From the NCBI GenBank assembly GCA_030770535.1, contig JASVEC010000011.1:1178001-1242000 (forward strand): a stretch of 64,000 bases of DNA. The letters run 5' to 3'. Source of the stretch: Batkoa obscura. Its lineage: Eukaryota. Of this stretch, positions 1-11,074 are shown in pieces. The position numbers were made by a program, and so were the translations under genes. Position 1 is the stretch's first letter, and every line of letters begins with the position of its first letter. The notes under the pieces are model-generated. The model was not told where the DNA came from, searched no databases, and saw only the letters and a program-made list of their open reading frames with translations.

Positions 1-447
1 ACCCAACTTTTCCGTTAACTTTAAAAATAAACTTATACCTTCGCTAGGTTTATAAGGGGATGGATATTGAATCAATGTCATTAAATTACCCAACGCTTCT
101 TTACGTGGAAATTGTTGCATAATGGATATAACGGTATAATTTTTATTAAAATCTTTAGGTAATCTGATCACATTAAACCGGAACTTAGTTTGATAATTGG
201 AGTCCTCCGTTACCTTTTTCATAATTTCAAATTGTTCTTCAATGGGTTCATTCACTCGAAACGTGGCCACTTTATCTTCAAACTTGTATGTTTGCTTTTT
301 ATAATTCGTTTTTAAGGTATAGGTGCATGTTACTCCTCTTTGAATACATCGCTCACATTCTGGTAAACTACGGCAGCACTGTCGATGGATCTTTATACAT
401 TGATTACATCGTAATTGACTCTTGCTCGGTGTTTTTAGGGTTGGCAT
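1..447 (-). CDS. Zn(II)2Cys6 transcription factor, 5' part (runs off window start)
   Basis: Manual translation from ATG at 447: MPTLKTPSKSQLRCNQCIKIHRQCCRSLPECERCIQRGVTCTY...LGNLMTLIQYPSP..., open to position 1. C-x2-C-x6-C-x6-C-x2-C-x6-C cluster; NLMT..YPS motif shared with the paralogues at 8685 and 15791. Confidence 0.9.
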   Translation of the reverse strand, partial: MPTLKTPSKSQLRCNQCIKIHRQCCRSLPECERCIQRGVTCTYTLKTNYKKQTYKFEDKVATFRVNEPIEEQFEIMKKVTEDSNYQTKFRFNVIRLPKDFNKNYTVISIMQQFPRKEALGNLMTLIQYPSPYKPSEGISLFLKLTEKLG

Positions 448-835
448 CTTTAATTTACTGAATTGTTATTTAGATCAAAAAGTAAAGCTTTTTTTAGAAT
501 TAGTTTGGTCATGTTGTTAAAGATTAGATTCAATTGAGTTTATTTTATTTTTTTCCTAAATTTAGTAGCTTCTGCTTTAATCATCAATTTTAACTTGTAC
601 CAATCAACTTTGGCAAGTAAAAATTTAAATAGAATTCGAAATAAGTTTAGTAATCAAAAATAATTATATCTTTTAAATAAAATAAATGGCATATGTTAGA
701 GCTATTGTTATTTTTGTTCAATAATTATAGACTATATATATACATATGAAATAGTTGATATAGACTTAAGCTATTAAACATACTTTTATTGAAGACTCAT
801 TTTCAAGAACTTTGCTTAAAAAAAATCAAGAATAA

Positions 836-934
836 GTGGATGTATTTTTTTGTTTGAAAATTTTACTAACAATTTTTCCACTCAAATAGCGCTTAAAAAA
901 TGGAAAAAGTGATGAAACCAGAGAAAACACCTCC
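836..934 (+). mobile_element. ~99 bp MITE family A, copy 1
   Basis: GTGGATGTATTTT...TACTAAC...CTCAAATAGCGCTTAAAAAATGG...AAACACCTCC, flanked by ATAA on both sides. Confidence 0.85.
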
Positions 935-1383
935 ATAACTTGAACTTCAAGTTAAGCAGTTTTATTACCTAATTGCATGAAAGCAAGTTCAATTTTTACT
1001 CTCAGCTATTACTCTTCTCATTATAATTTTTACCTTGATTCAAAAAGCTCTTGCCTAGTCCATGATCCAAAAGTTCAGTTATCCAATTTTGATAGTCCAA
1101 TCAAGGGTGGCTCAAAGAAGTAAAAATTGAACCAAAGTAAAAATTACAACAGCAAGAGTAATTGTAACAACTTTTTTTAAAATAGCTAGTTTATTATAAA
1201 GTAAACAACTAATGATAAGGTGATAGGGTTAAGTGTCTGATTTTATTATCTTATTATTTTGTATAAATACTTTAACAACAGTTATTTTTAACCTTTGATT
1301 TAGAATTTGACATTTAAATTTAATTATGTTCTGCAAGGCAGTCTCACTGAGTTATAATAAATAATTGAAAGAAAAATAGTATA

Positions 1384-3170
1384 TTAATTTTGTTTATTAA
1401 TAAGTGGACTAATAAAATTTATCGTTCTAATACTACTATTAACAGTTTTGTTCATTAAGCTAGATCTTGATGGCTTTTCTAAACGAGTTAAATGACTTAA
1501 ACTTGTATTTAAAACCGTTTTGTACTTGGAACCGGCTTTTTCATTGTAGCGTGAAAGGAAGACAATACCTTATGAGAATAAACTTATATCATAATTAACT
1601 AAATAGCTCATTGGTATTCGAACAAATAAGTCCAACAATAAAGAGCATTCTTTTAAAACGTTATTTAGATGATCAAAATCAGCCCCAGAATTTGAATGAT
1701 TTATTCTTGATGAATAATCTAAATTGTAAAACTTTAAAGTATAAGCAAAAAATATAATGCTGAGATTGAAATAAAATATGAGTTTGATAAATCCTTATCA
1801 CTGAGGTATATAGCGTACCAGTAAACTTCATTTCAATTTTTGAGAAAAAATTAATATAATGGGCCTTAATACATTTGATTCTCTCAACTAAGAATACTAA
1901 TTTATCACCTAAATCCAAATATAGGTTAGTATTTGGATTTTGGGAATCTTGCTTTAATAAGACAAATGAATGTGTTATTGCTGTCAGGTTATTATAGAAG
2001 GAGCATAAAGGAGTTATACGATAAGTTTCGAGATCTTTGTTCAATGAACTGATATGTTCCTTTGAATTGTTATCTAGACTCACCAATATCTTTTTGTAAT
2101 TTGTAAATATTAAATCCACTTCATAACGTTGTGTTATATCAAAATTATAAAATAGAGAGTAAACTGAAGCGTAAAAACCAGTTAATGTGAAAAGTAGTAC
2201 AACCTTTCAGCCTTTAGCTCTTTTTAGCATTTGGGGTAGAAAGAGATAGACTTAAGCTTTATTAGGGTATATCTAAGTATCTATTTATGTTTTTATATAT
2301 CCATGGAACTGAGTGAAAATTCACTATTAATAGAGAAACCGATTGCATATAGCTTATCTGTTGTTTGATTCTATGTGGAAACTCAAATTCACTTCTCAAC
2401 TCATCTAAAAGGTAGTCAATAAACATCTTATTAATTTCATTATCGTCCATATGGTAAAGTCCAATATGTATTGTGGTCATTTGTAATACTATTGGCTTAT
2501 TGCTGAAATTGAACTTTTCTCTATTAAATAAAGGAAAGGTCACATTGGTTTTGTTGAAATACTGGTTAACTGCTTCATCCAATATATGGGGATGTTTTTT
2601 TTGATTTCATCACTCTTTCCATTTTCAAGCACTATTTGAGTAGAACTGTTAGTAAAATTCTTAAACAAAAAAATACATCCCCATATGCTTTAAATTGTTC
2701 ATCTTTGCTAGTACTAATTTTGATTTTTTCTCAGATACTTTAACTTCCTTTACCTTCTTTCTAAATAGTTCAATTGTATTTGAAAGCAGCTCCGCCTCTT
2801 TTTTTGATTTGGAGTGAGATGAAACTTGTACTAATATCATCAAATTTAATAATAAAAACCTATTAGGCATTTTGTATAATGCTTCCTTAATCTCGAATAA
2901 ACTATTTAACTTTTTATCAGCAACAACTATCCTAAAAGTATGTACTAAATGCTTTGAATACGTTTTGAACTTTATTTTATTTTCATTTCTTTTAAGATCA
3001 GCTTTGCTATTTGTGTCTAGTTTGTCCTTAGTCGTATTACTTCTAACTTGATGAAACCTCTTCATTAAAATATTCATTGAGTTAAGACACTCTTTTGATC
3101 TACTTGTATATATTTTATATCTAGTTAATCATCTATCACATTTCTTATTACTATCATGGTGTGTGTTGGG
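1384..3170 (-). pseudogene. Zn(II)2Cys6 transcription factor pseudogene
   Basis: ORF fragments 2661-3077, 2262-2582 and 1679-2119 plus a C-terminal frame (LKECSLLL...SLFS*GIVFLSRY) align with neighbouring paralogues. Decayed cluster KKCDR*LTRYKIYTSRSKEC; stops, frameshifts and a MITE insertion. Confidence 0.85.
2588..2682 (-). mobile_element. MITE family A, copy 2, inserted in the TF pseudogene
   Basis: GGGGATGT...ACATCCCC with ATAT on both sides. Removing the element plus one ATAT restores NNLKHILDEAVNQYF in frame. Confidence 0.9.
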
Positions 3171-4886
3171 TGAAATTGTTAGATTCGGTAAAGTAGTAAA
3201 AATTGATTTTATTATCATCCATTATAGAAATTAGGTTAAAAAGTAAGGATGTTGAACTTTGTTAGTGATGTTTATTAGATTCTTTCATAAGTCTTTTATT
3301 AATTCGAGCAAATCTAACATGGTAAGGGTTTATACATTGCGATAGTAAATAATTTTAGTATAAGATGGACCTTGTTTTAACATAAATTGAATTCACTGTT
3401 GCAACCAATAGCATCTGGTGATTTTTCAAGTAGAATAGCAAACTTATAGAAAGACCTAATAGAACAAAATAATAAATTATTCAGAAAGTACACTTCTTAC
3501 TTATATAGCCAACTTACTAAAGTAAATATATTAAAAAAGGCGTGATGACTAGGTCATACTTTTACTTATAAAAAACTACTGAAATACCTTTTGCATAACC
3601 CGAGAACTTAGAAATAGTGCACTTTCGAAGGTTTTTTGTTTCTTGGTAGTTGAAATACACAGTGATATATAAATATATATCTTTAACAGTTTAAATTACT
3701 TGGGAGTCGGTTAAACTCATTGTTGTTATTTGGTTTTTGTAAATAGAGAAAATGGATTCCTAAGCACATCATTATTGGTGTTTTGAAATTTTTTGTTAAA
3801 AATTAAGATTGAGAAGTCAATGCTATTGCACTTTATACTTTTTCGGTTAATTTATATAAACCTCTATCAGGCTATAAAGCTAAAGTGATATATCATTTAT
3901 CTTATAATTCATTATTGCTTAAAAATATTCTAAAGTGGAACTTTAATTTTAAATTGATGATAAATCAATCAATATTAGGTATGATGGATTTACTGTTGGT
4001 TTTAATATTGATACAATGCATTTGAGTTTTATTCTTTTAAGGTGGGACTTCCATGCTAGTGAATTTAAGAACACGGTTTAAAATAACTTTTTAACTAAAG
4101 TTAGATTCAAATCTACAGAATCTATAAAATACAGTGGAAAAAAAAGCAAGTCCATCATAGTTTTTTTTTTGAAAAACAGAGTTTGGAGAATTTAGTCTAT
4201 AAGGTACAGGAGAAAAATTCAAACAAAGGCTAGCTTTTAAGTTTAGTAAATACTTTATCCAGGGTTTAAGCTCATGTCTCTAAAGAAGTAGTCAAGAAAG
4301 GTTTTGAGCATTCAATTTCGGCTGTTAAGTGTGTAGTAGATAGTGAGATTGTTTTTGTTGATATTGAGCTATTTACATTCAGAGTGGAGAGATGTTGATT
4401 TATAGATAACTTGAGCCATAACTTGCAATTTTTTTAATCAACTCGATTTTGTACAACATTGTATAGTAAATTTTGTATATTAACATTCGTTCAAATTTAG
4501 GTTTAAATACCTTATAAAAACAATGGCTTTATTAAAACAACTTCAACGTTTTTAATCTCCCAATGTTAAACAAACCTAGACTTTATACTGACATCTAGAT
4601 TTTCTTAATATTAAGATCTAGATTATTTATCATTCCTCGTTAGTACCTATTTGTAATCTTGCTTTTAGTTAACCAAAAATATAAAAACAGGAAAAGGATA
4701 AAGTATTTATCTTATTGAAAACTTTAAATTAATAAATTTACTTTCGGCTAAACGGACAAATAGCAAATTGGAATATTAAAGCTCACTACCACAAAACTTT
4801 AAGAATCTTAATGAAAAGGCATTCCTATATACTATATAAGCTAAAGGAATTTAGATTAAAATAGTTTTTAATTAATTTTAATCTCA

Positions 4887-6668
4887 ATGCTAAAAGCTAG
4901 TAATACTATAACTCGTAGCCAAAATAGATGTGACAGGTGTGTCCAACTTCATCGTAAATGTGATAGATTATTACCCAAATGTCTATATTGCGAAAAAAGG
5001 CAAAAAGAATGCAGTTATCCAAATAAGAATGCGTATGGTAAACAATTGTATATGATTGAAGAGAATATAATGAGCTTTAAAGTTATCGATCCACTTAAGC
5101 AAAATAATAAAAAGAAAAAGGAAAAAAGAATTTTCGTAATGAGTGTAATAAAAACGCATATAAAAAATAAACCATACAAGTGTAGTTTAAGATCAAAAAA
5201 TAATTCGTCTGTAATGGATTTACTTAACAAATATGAGCAAGTTAAAACACTTGATAATAGTAGAGAGTTATGTACTTCTTTTGGTAATTTCCAAAATATT
5301 CACCGGATAATGAGCTTACGCAATATAATAACATCACCAAAGCGCTCACCTACAACAGCAGAAGCTACATACTTTTCTGCATTATTAAAATCAAGTATAA
5401 ATTTGGCAGCACTTGTGCGAAAACATTGGACTAGCTATTTTGGTATATTTAATTTTGAAAACATGAACTATTTCAATTCAATAATAAACAAAGCTATAGA
5501 TAATTATTTTGCTTACAATAATAAAACGTTTCCTATGTTTGTAAGAGAAAATTTCAAACTATCGTCAAAGAATGAGACTTTAAGAATGGCTATATTAGTA
5601 TGTGGTTTAAAATACATGGAGAAATGTGAAATTGCTAGTAATTTAATGGAATACTTTGAAGCTAAATTGAGGATGGTAATAGGGATACCACATCAAATTA
5701 AACCGAGTTTAAGCAATTTACAATCAATCGCAGCATTATTAGTAGGATTTAGCTCTATTACTTGGATACGAGATCAATTTGAATTATATCTCGCCATATT
5801 TGAGAAGCTAGCACAAACTCTTGGGTTACATATGACATATAAAAATATGGATGCTATGTATAAGCTAGAACGCGCCATGACGTATTCTTCGATTACAATG
5901 ATACAACTTGCATATAAGTTAGTATCTGGGAGTTATTTTTCAAAGCCTGAAAGGCCTAGATATTTAAGCATAAAGTATATCAAAATTTTAGATAGGCTAT
6001 TGACTTGCAAAATAGTTTCTACTGAAAGTCAAAACAGTAAAGCTTTTGATCTTGATTGCAATATTATCTTAAGCTCCTTTTATAACGATTTCAGTCTTGT
6101 CACTTTCTCAATACTTTTACTCAAAGAAAGTCATCTAAAATTGGCCAGCTGTGACAGCTCTCTAAGTAGAACAATATTTAAACTAATGAACAAAGCAGAT
6201 TTTCTGAGGAGCCATTATTGTAAACTTTTGATTTTAGTGGGAGTTAATGATAATTCAAAAACATATCGCATTAAGGTATTAAGATATCAACAAATAATAT
6301 TGTTTTTTTCACATTATTTAAAATTTGTTATTCAATCTTTAAAATTCCCACAAATTTACACTTCAAATAATCATAATCAAAGTAAACAAATGAAAGAATC
6401 AGATTATTTCAATACTATATTAATAGAGTGCTATTTAGTCATTAATTATGGGATAAGGTTACCCTCTTATCATATGTTTCATTTTGGTTTGGGAATGATT
6501 ATTCAGTGCTTAATATTTCTTTTAAAATACAAAGGTAAAAGTATGCTGAATTTTAATGGTATTGTTAAAGATGGAATAAACTACATGAATGGGTTAAGTA
6601 GTATCAATAATTTCTATAATTTAGCAACAGATAATATTGAAAGTATTGAATACTCAAAAGTAAAATAA
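4887..6668 (+). CDS. Zn(II)2Cys6 transcription factor, intronless
   Basis: 593 aa ORF; CDRCVQLHRKCDRLLPKCLYCEKRQKEC; middle region with YF..FP and LGLH motifs. Confidence 0.9.
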   Translation: MLKASNTITRSQNRCDRCVQLHRKCDRLLPKCLYCEKRQKECSYPNKNAYGKQLYMIEENIMSFKVIDPLKQNNKKKKEKRIFVMSVIKTHIKNKPYKCSLRSKNNSSVMDLLNKYEQVKTLDNSRELCTSFGNFQNIHRIMSLRNIITSPKRSPTTAEATYFSALLKSSINLAALVRKHWTSYFGIFNFENMNYFNSIINKAIDNYFAYNNKTFPMFVRENFKLSSKNETLRMAILVCGLKYMEKCEIASNLMEYFEAKLRMVIGIPHQIKPSLSNLQSIAALLVGFSSITWIRDQFELYLAIFEKLAQTLGLHMTYKNMDAMYKLERAMTYSSITMIQLAYKLVSGSYFSKPERPRYLSIKYIKILDRLLTCKIVSTESQNSKAFDLDCNIILSSFYNDFSLVTFSILLLKESHLKLASCDSSLSRTIFKLMNKADFLRSHYCKLLILVGVNDNSKTYRIKVLRYQQIILFFSHYLKFVIQSLKFPQIYTSNNHNQSKQMKESDYFNTILIECYLVINYGIRLPSYHMFHFGLGMIIQCLIFLLKYKGKSMLNFNGIVKDGINYMNGLSSINNFYNLATDNIESIEYSKVK

Positions 6669-6740
6669 TACCCTTTTTGTTTTGTTTTGTTTTTTAATTT
6701 AAATAAAAGTACTTTTATAAAGATTTTATTGTTTATATAT

Positions 6741-6838
6741 GGGGATGTATTTTTGTGTTTGAGAATTTTACTAACAATTTTTCCACTCAAATAACGCTTA
6801 AAAGATAGAAAAAGTGATGAAGCCAAAAAAACATCCTC
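6741..6838 (+). mobile_element. MITE family A, copy 3
   Basis: GGGGATGTAT...ACATCCTC, flanks ATAT/GTAT; about 70 bp downstream of the TF stop codon. Confidence 0.85.
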
Positions 6839-8684
6839 GTATTCTAAAACAAATAAATACTTGAAAGGTGTTATTATATATTAATATGATAAAATCTTTA
6901 AAAAAATTTTAGCGAAATTTCTTGACTATTTTTTATTATTTAAAGAGTTATAAAAAAGTATGTAAAAATCTATCTTTTATTGAAACAATCATTGTAGTCA
7001 TGATATTTGATTGCATGTTTAAAAAACATATTAAAATAACTAATTTCAAATATTTTTCTATGGTTATAAAGTTTAATAATTTAAGCTAATGTGAAAAACT
7101 CTGTTATATATTGTAAAACTTTAATGTTTAAATTACACTTAAGTAAAAATACAAAAAAATATCCCAGATAATCACACAAATTATCTAACAATACACAAAT
7201 TAAAGGTATACAAAGTTATACTTTTCAATCTATAAGTTTCATTCTTATTTTTAAAACAAATAAAATAAGACAAATAATAAAAAAGCTGGCTAAGTAACAA
7301 AATATTTTAATATGTCGATTCTTTCTGTTTAAAGGGGGATGGAACCTTGAGTGTTTTATTATATTAATAATAAAGTATTGAATACTTAAGCTACCCAAAT
7401 TAAGGGATGAAAGTCACCAATGAAGTCCCTTTTTGACAAACTGAAAATTACACAACTAATTCTCATTTTCGAAAGTAGTTGGGAAAGTGAAATATAACCC
7501 ATTTTACTTATGTTTTCTAAAATATTCCCCATAGATAATGGTGAGTTTATTAGCTATATTTAGTTTAGCTACGTCATATTTTAAATTAATAAATGAATTA
7601 AGGTTTTGGATCTTACCAAATTTGCATTTTGTATTTTGTATTTTTAAACATTTCGATTCTTCATTAAATATTACTTCTTTTAATTTTATACTCAAAATTT
7701 TATAAAATTCAACTAAACTGAGCTAAAGATATGAATTTGTACTTTGTCATAAATATGTATATGTAATATTCATTTTAGATTATAGAAAATTAAAGCTTGT
7801 ATATTTGGTATATTTAAATCCTATACTTTCAACGTGAACAAATATTAAGCGATATTGAAAATGCCAAAATCTACGTGCTTTTCCTGGTAAATCATCTTTC
7901 TATTTGTAGTATGGCAAACTTCGTAAATCAATAGTATAGTAAAAATTAACGTGCTAAATAAAACTAAGTATATTGCATTTTTATTTACAAATCATTTGAA
8001 AAATCATATAATATATTTTTTAGATTAGAATATAAACTTCCTTGTGTACGTCTATTATGCTTCTTTTTAAATTTTATAAAAGTCTTTAGAGACATTTTTG
8101 TAAGGCACAAAACTAAAAGTTATTTGATGTATAACGAGACATTTCATTAATAATTAAATATGATAACAATTTTGTATTTATTATTAAATCGTATGCTATT
8201 AAATCATTAGGCAGAAATTTACGAAAACCATAATAGAGTTTTTTATGGCTTAGCTCATGAAGGTTAAATCAATACAAAGATGATAACTGGCTCCCTTTTA
8301 CACTAAATAAAAAGCTATGTGTGTCCTTATGATTTTGTTTAAGTAAAATAATTGACATAGCTATGTCAATATCTGTTAAGTTGAAACTCAGAATTATCAC
8401 TTTTTACAAGTTTACATTATAAAGGCTATTAATAGAAACAGGAATATTTAGCGCATATATTGAATTTTTGTTAATAAACAAGATTTAAATTATTGTGTAA
8501 TTACGGTAATGAATAAACTAAACAAATGTGTTATTGGCCTTGAAATAGGAATAACTGAGGCAGATTTTAGATAAATTAATCAATAAGCTTTTAGTATCTA
8601 GTACCTCAAATTTTTGCGACTTTTGTAAAAGTATACTGAAACCCTTTTAACTTTTTTTAACTTTTTTTATTTTCGTAATATTGA

Positions 8685-10412
8685 ATGGAATCAGAGATAC
8701 AAACTACTTCCCGTAGTTCAACTAGGTGCGACAGATGTATAAAACTCCATCGAAAATGCAACAGAGCACTACCAAATTGTCAATATTGTGAAAAAAGGAA
8801 AGCATTGTGCACTTATTTAACAAAGAATATATATAGTAAACAGTTGCTTACAATAGAGGATAATATATCTAGTTTTAAGTTAGAAGGGTCAGCAAAAAAG
8901 AGGGTCGCAAGTAAAGTTAAACTGCGAAAAGAAAAAATAGAAAGCAAAGATATATATAGCGAGGGATTACAGCTAGTTAAATCAATAAAGGCCTTTCAAA
9001 ACCAAACAGTATTAGAAATATTTAGAAGTTATCCAGACAAGAGATCTTTCCAAAATTTGATGACTTTGTTTCAATATCCATCACTATTTAGTCAAAATGA
9101 GAATCAATCTGTTTTGCTGGACTTAAGCTTAAAATTTGCACCATTAGTAAAGAGTCAAAGAACACTTAGACCACAGAGTATGCCAGAAACAAGAAGGATA
9201 GTAAATTTAAATTTAATATTAAATAAAGCATACATGAGTTTTTTTGTGCATAGTAATAAAATATTCCCAGTATTTATAAGGTCACATTTTGATATTTCTT
9301 CAAAGGAGGATCCTTTAAAGATGTCAATATTATTAGTTGGTTTAAATTATATGGAAAAAAATCAAGTAACTAACTACCTTCAAGGATATTTCAAAAGTAA
9401 ACTTAGAATTCATCTTGGTATACCCCATTTAATCAAACCAACGTTACAAAATGTGCAGGCAATTTCTGTACTATTATTTTATTCACATTCAATTAATTGG
9501 GTTTATTCTCAATTCACAAATTATCTTGCATATTGTGCAAAAGCGATCCACCTTTTAGGCCTAGATTGCTATTCCAATAAAATCCATCCATATAAGTTAC
9601 TCGAAAGAGCCATGCTGTGCTCATGCCTAACAATGCTTCAAACTTTTATTATTTTAATAACCGGATTTTATTTATCTATGCCACGAAAGCCAAAATATTT
9701 ATTATATCAATATTTTAATGTTAGAGTTAATCTTGCAAGTAATAACAAAGTGATGTTTATTAGCAAAGAAAGCTTTGATATAAATTGCAAAATTACAATG
9801 TGTTCATTTTACTGTGATTTAAGTTTAGTAGCATTCCATATTCGTTTACTAAAAGAAAGTTACATAGCCCATAATGATGATGATACAAGGATAAAAGAAG
9901 TAACAGTACATCTGCTGAATAAAATTAAAAAAGTGAAAGAGCATTACTTTACTATAATTATTCAACTAGATATACCATCATATACAGGAGGCTTAAGTCC
10001 ATCAATTCAAGTTTATCTAAATATCATATTATTTCTTTGTCATTTTTTGAAATTTTTTTCATTATCTCTAAAATTTTATCATCCTATGCAAATAGATACA
10101 GCTCACTTTTCAACTCAGCTTTCACTAGAAAACGAAACGAAATATTTAAACGAAATATTAATCGAGTGCCATTTAACTATTGTTTATGGTACAAGGTTAA
10201 AGATACTTGAAATGTTTAGCTTTGGGTTGGGTATAATTACTCAATGTATCATCTTTCTTATTCGGTATAAAGCAAAAAGTAGTCTGAGTTTTAATAATAC
10301 GGTTGAAAATGGATTAAACTATTTGAAACAGTCAAGTAAAATTGAAATTTTTCACACCATGGCTACTATCAATATCAATATTATTGAATATATCAAAAGT
10401 AAATACGCTTGA
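8685..10412 (+). CDS. Zn(II)2Cys6 transcription factor, intronless
   Basis: 575 aa ORF; CDRCIKLHRKCNRALPNCQYCEKRKALC; colinear paralogue of the 4887 ORF. Confidence 0.9.
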   Translation: MESEIQTTSRSSTRCDRCIKLHRKCNRALPNCQYCEKRKALCTYLTKNIYSKQLLTIEDNISSFKLEGSAKKRVASKVKLRKEKIESKDIYSEGLQLVKSIKAFQNQTVLEIFRSYPDKRSFQNLMTLFQYPSLFSQNENQSVLLDLSLKFAPLVKSQRTLRPQSMPETRRIVNLNLILNKAYMSFFVHSNKIFPVFIRSHFDISSKEDPLKMSILLVGLNYMEKNQVTNYLQGYFKSKLRIHLGIPHLIKPTLQNVQAISVLLFYSHSINWVYSQFTNYLAYCAKAIHLLGLDCYSNKIHPYKLLERAMLCSCLTMLQTFIILITGFYLSMPRKPKYLLYQYFNVRVNLASNNKVMFISKESFDINCKITMCSFYCDLSLVAFHIRLLKESYIAHNDDDTRIKEVTVHLLNKIKKVKEHYFTIIIQLDIPSYTGGLSPSIQVYLNIILFLCHFLKFFSLSLKFYHPMQIDTAHFSTQLSLENETKYLNEILIECHLTIVYGTRLKILEMFSFGLGIITQCIIFLIRYKAKSSLSFNNTVENGLNYLKQSSKIEIFHTMATININIIEYIKSKYA

Positions 10413-10599
10413 AATTTAAAGTTTAAGTACTTTTGTTCTTTACTGTTAGTGGTAAATTTTAATAAATTTACAATTTCATTCTTTTATAAGCTATTAAATG
10501 TTAATACTATTTATCATTTATAATTTATTAAACAAAATTCTTATATTCGACTAAAAAGCAATGAAATAAACAATATTAAATTAAACTATGTTTAAAGAA

Positions 10600-10732
10600 A
10601 TTTGATGAACCTTAATATGATCAAACAGTAAATACACGTAAAGTCAATCTTCTTGTGTACCCTCTAATACCTTAAAGCAAGTACTCTTCTTTATTTATAT
10701 TTACTGTTTGATCATATTAAAGTTCATCAAAT
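10600..10732. repeat. 133 bp fold-back element with ~35 bp inverted arms
   Basis: ATTTGATGAACCTTAATATGATCAAACAGTAAATA ... TATTTACTGTTTGATCATATTAAAGTTCATCAAAT, one mismatch. Confidence 0.8.
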
Positions 10733-10787
10733 AGTAAAAATGAAACAAATATAATTAAGCATTTGATTGATGACTTTAAGTGTATAT

Positions 10788-10886
10788 GGGGATGTTTTTT
10801 TTGGTTTCATTATTTTTTCCATTTTTTAAGCGTTATTTGAAAGGAAAGATTGCTAGTAAAATTCTTAAACAAAAAAATACATCCCC
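10788..10886 (-). mobile_element. MITE family A, copy 4
   Basis: GGGGATGT...ACATCCCC, ATAT on both sides. Confidence 0.9.
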
Positions 10887-11074
10887 ATATACAGACCTTT
10901 GGTACATACTTATTCTTTTCGCGCTCATTATCTTAAGTATAAAGTAAATGACCACGACTTTATATAAAACTTAAATTAATTGCCTATTCTGGCGCTTTGT
11001 GTGAAAAATTAGCATTGAACTTATAAAAAATTTGATTGTATTATTTCATTACATATTATTTTATTATTACAGCT

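Noticed and set aside
2585..2685. TA target duplication (Tc1/mariner) for MITE family A
   Set aside because: Copies 1, 5 and 6 are flanked by ATAA or AAAT on both sides, which fits a 4-bp TSD and not TA
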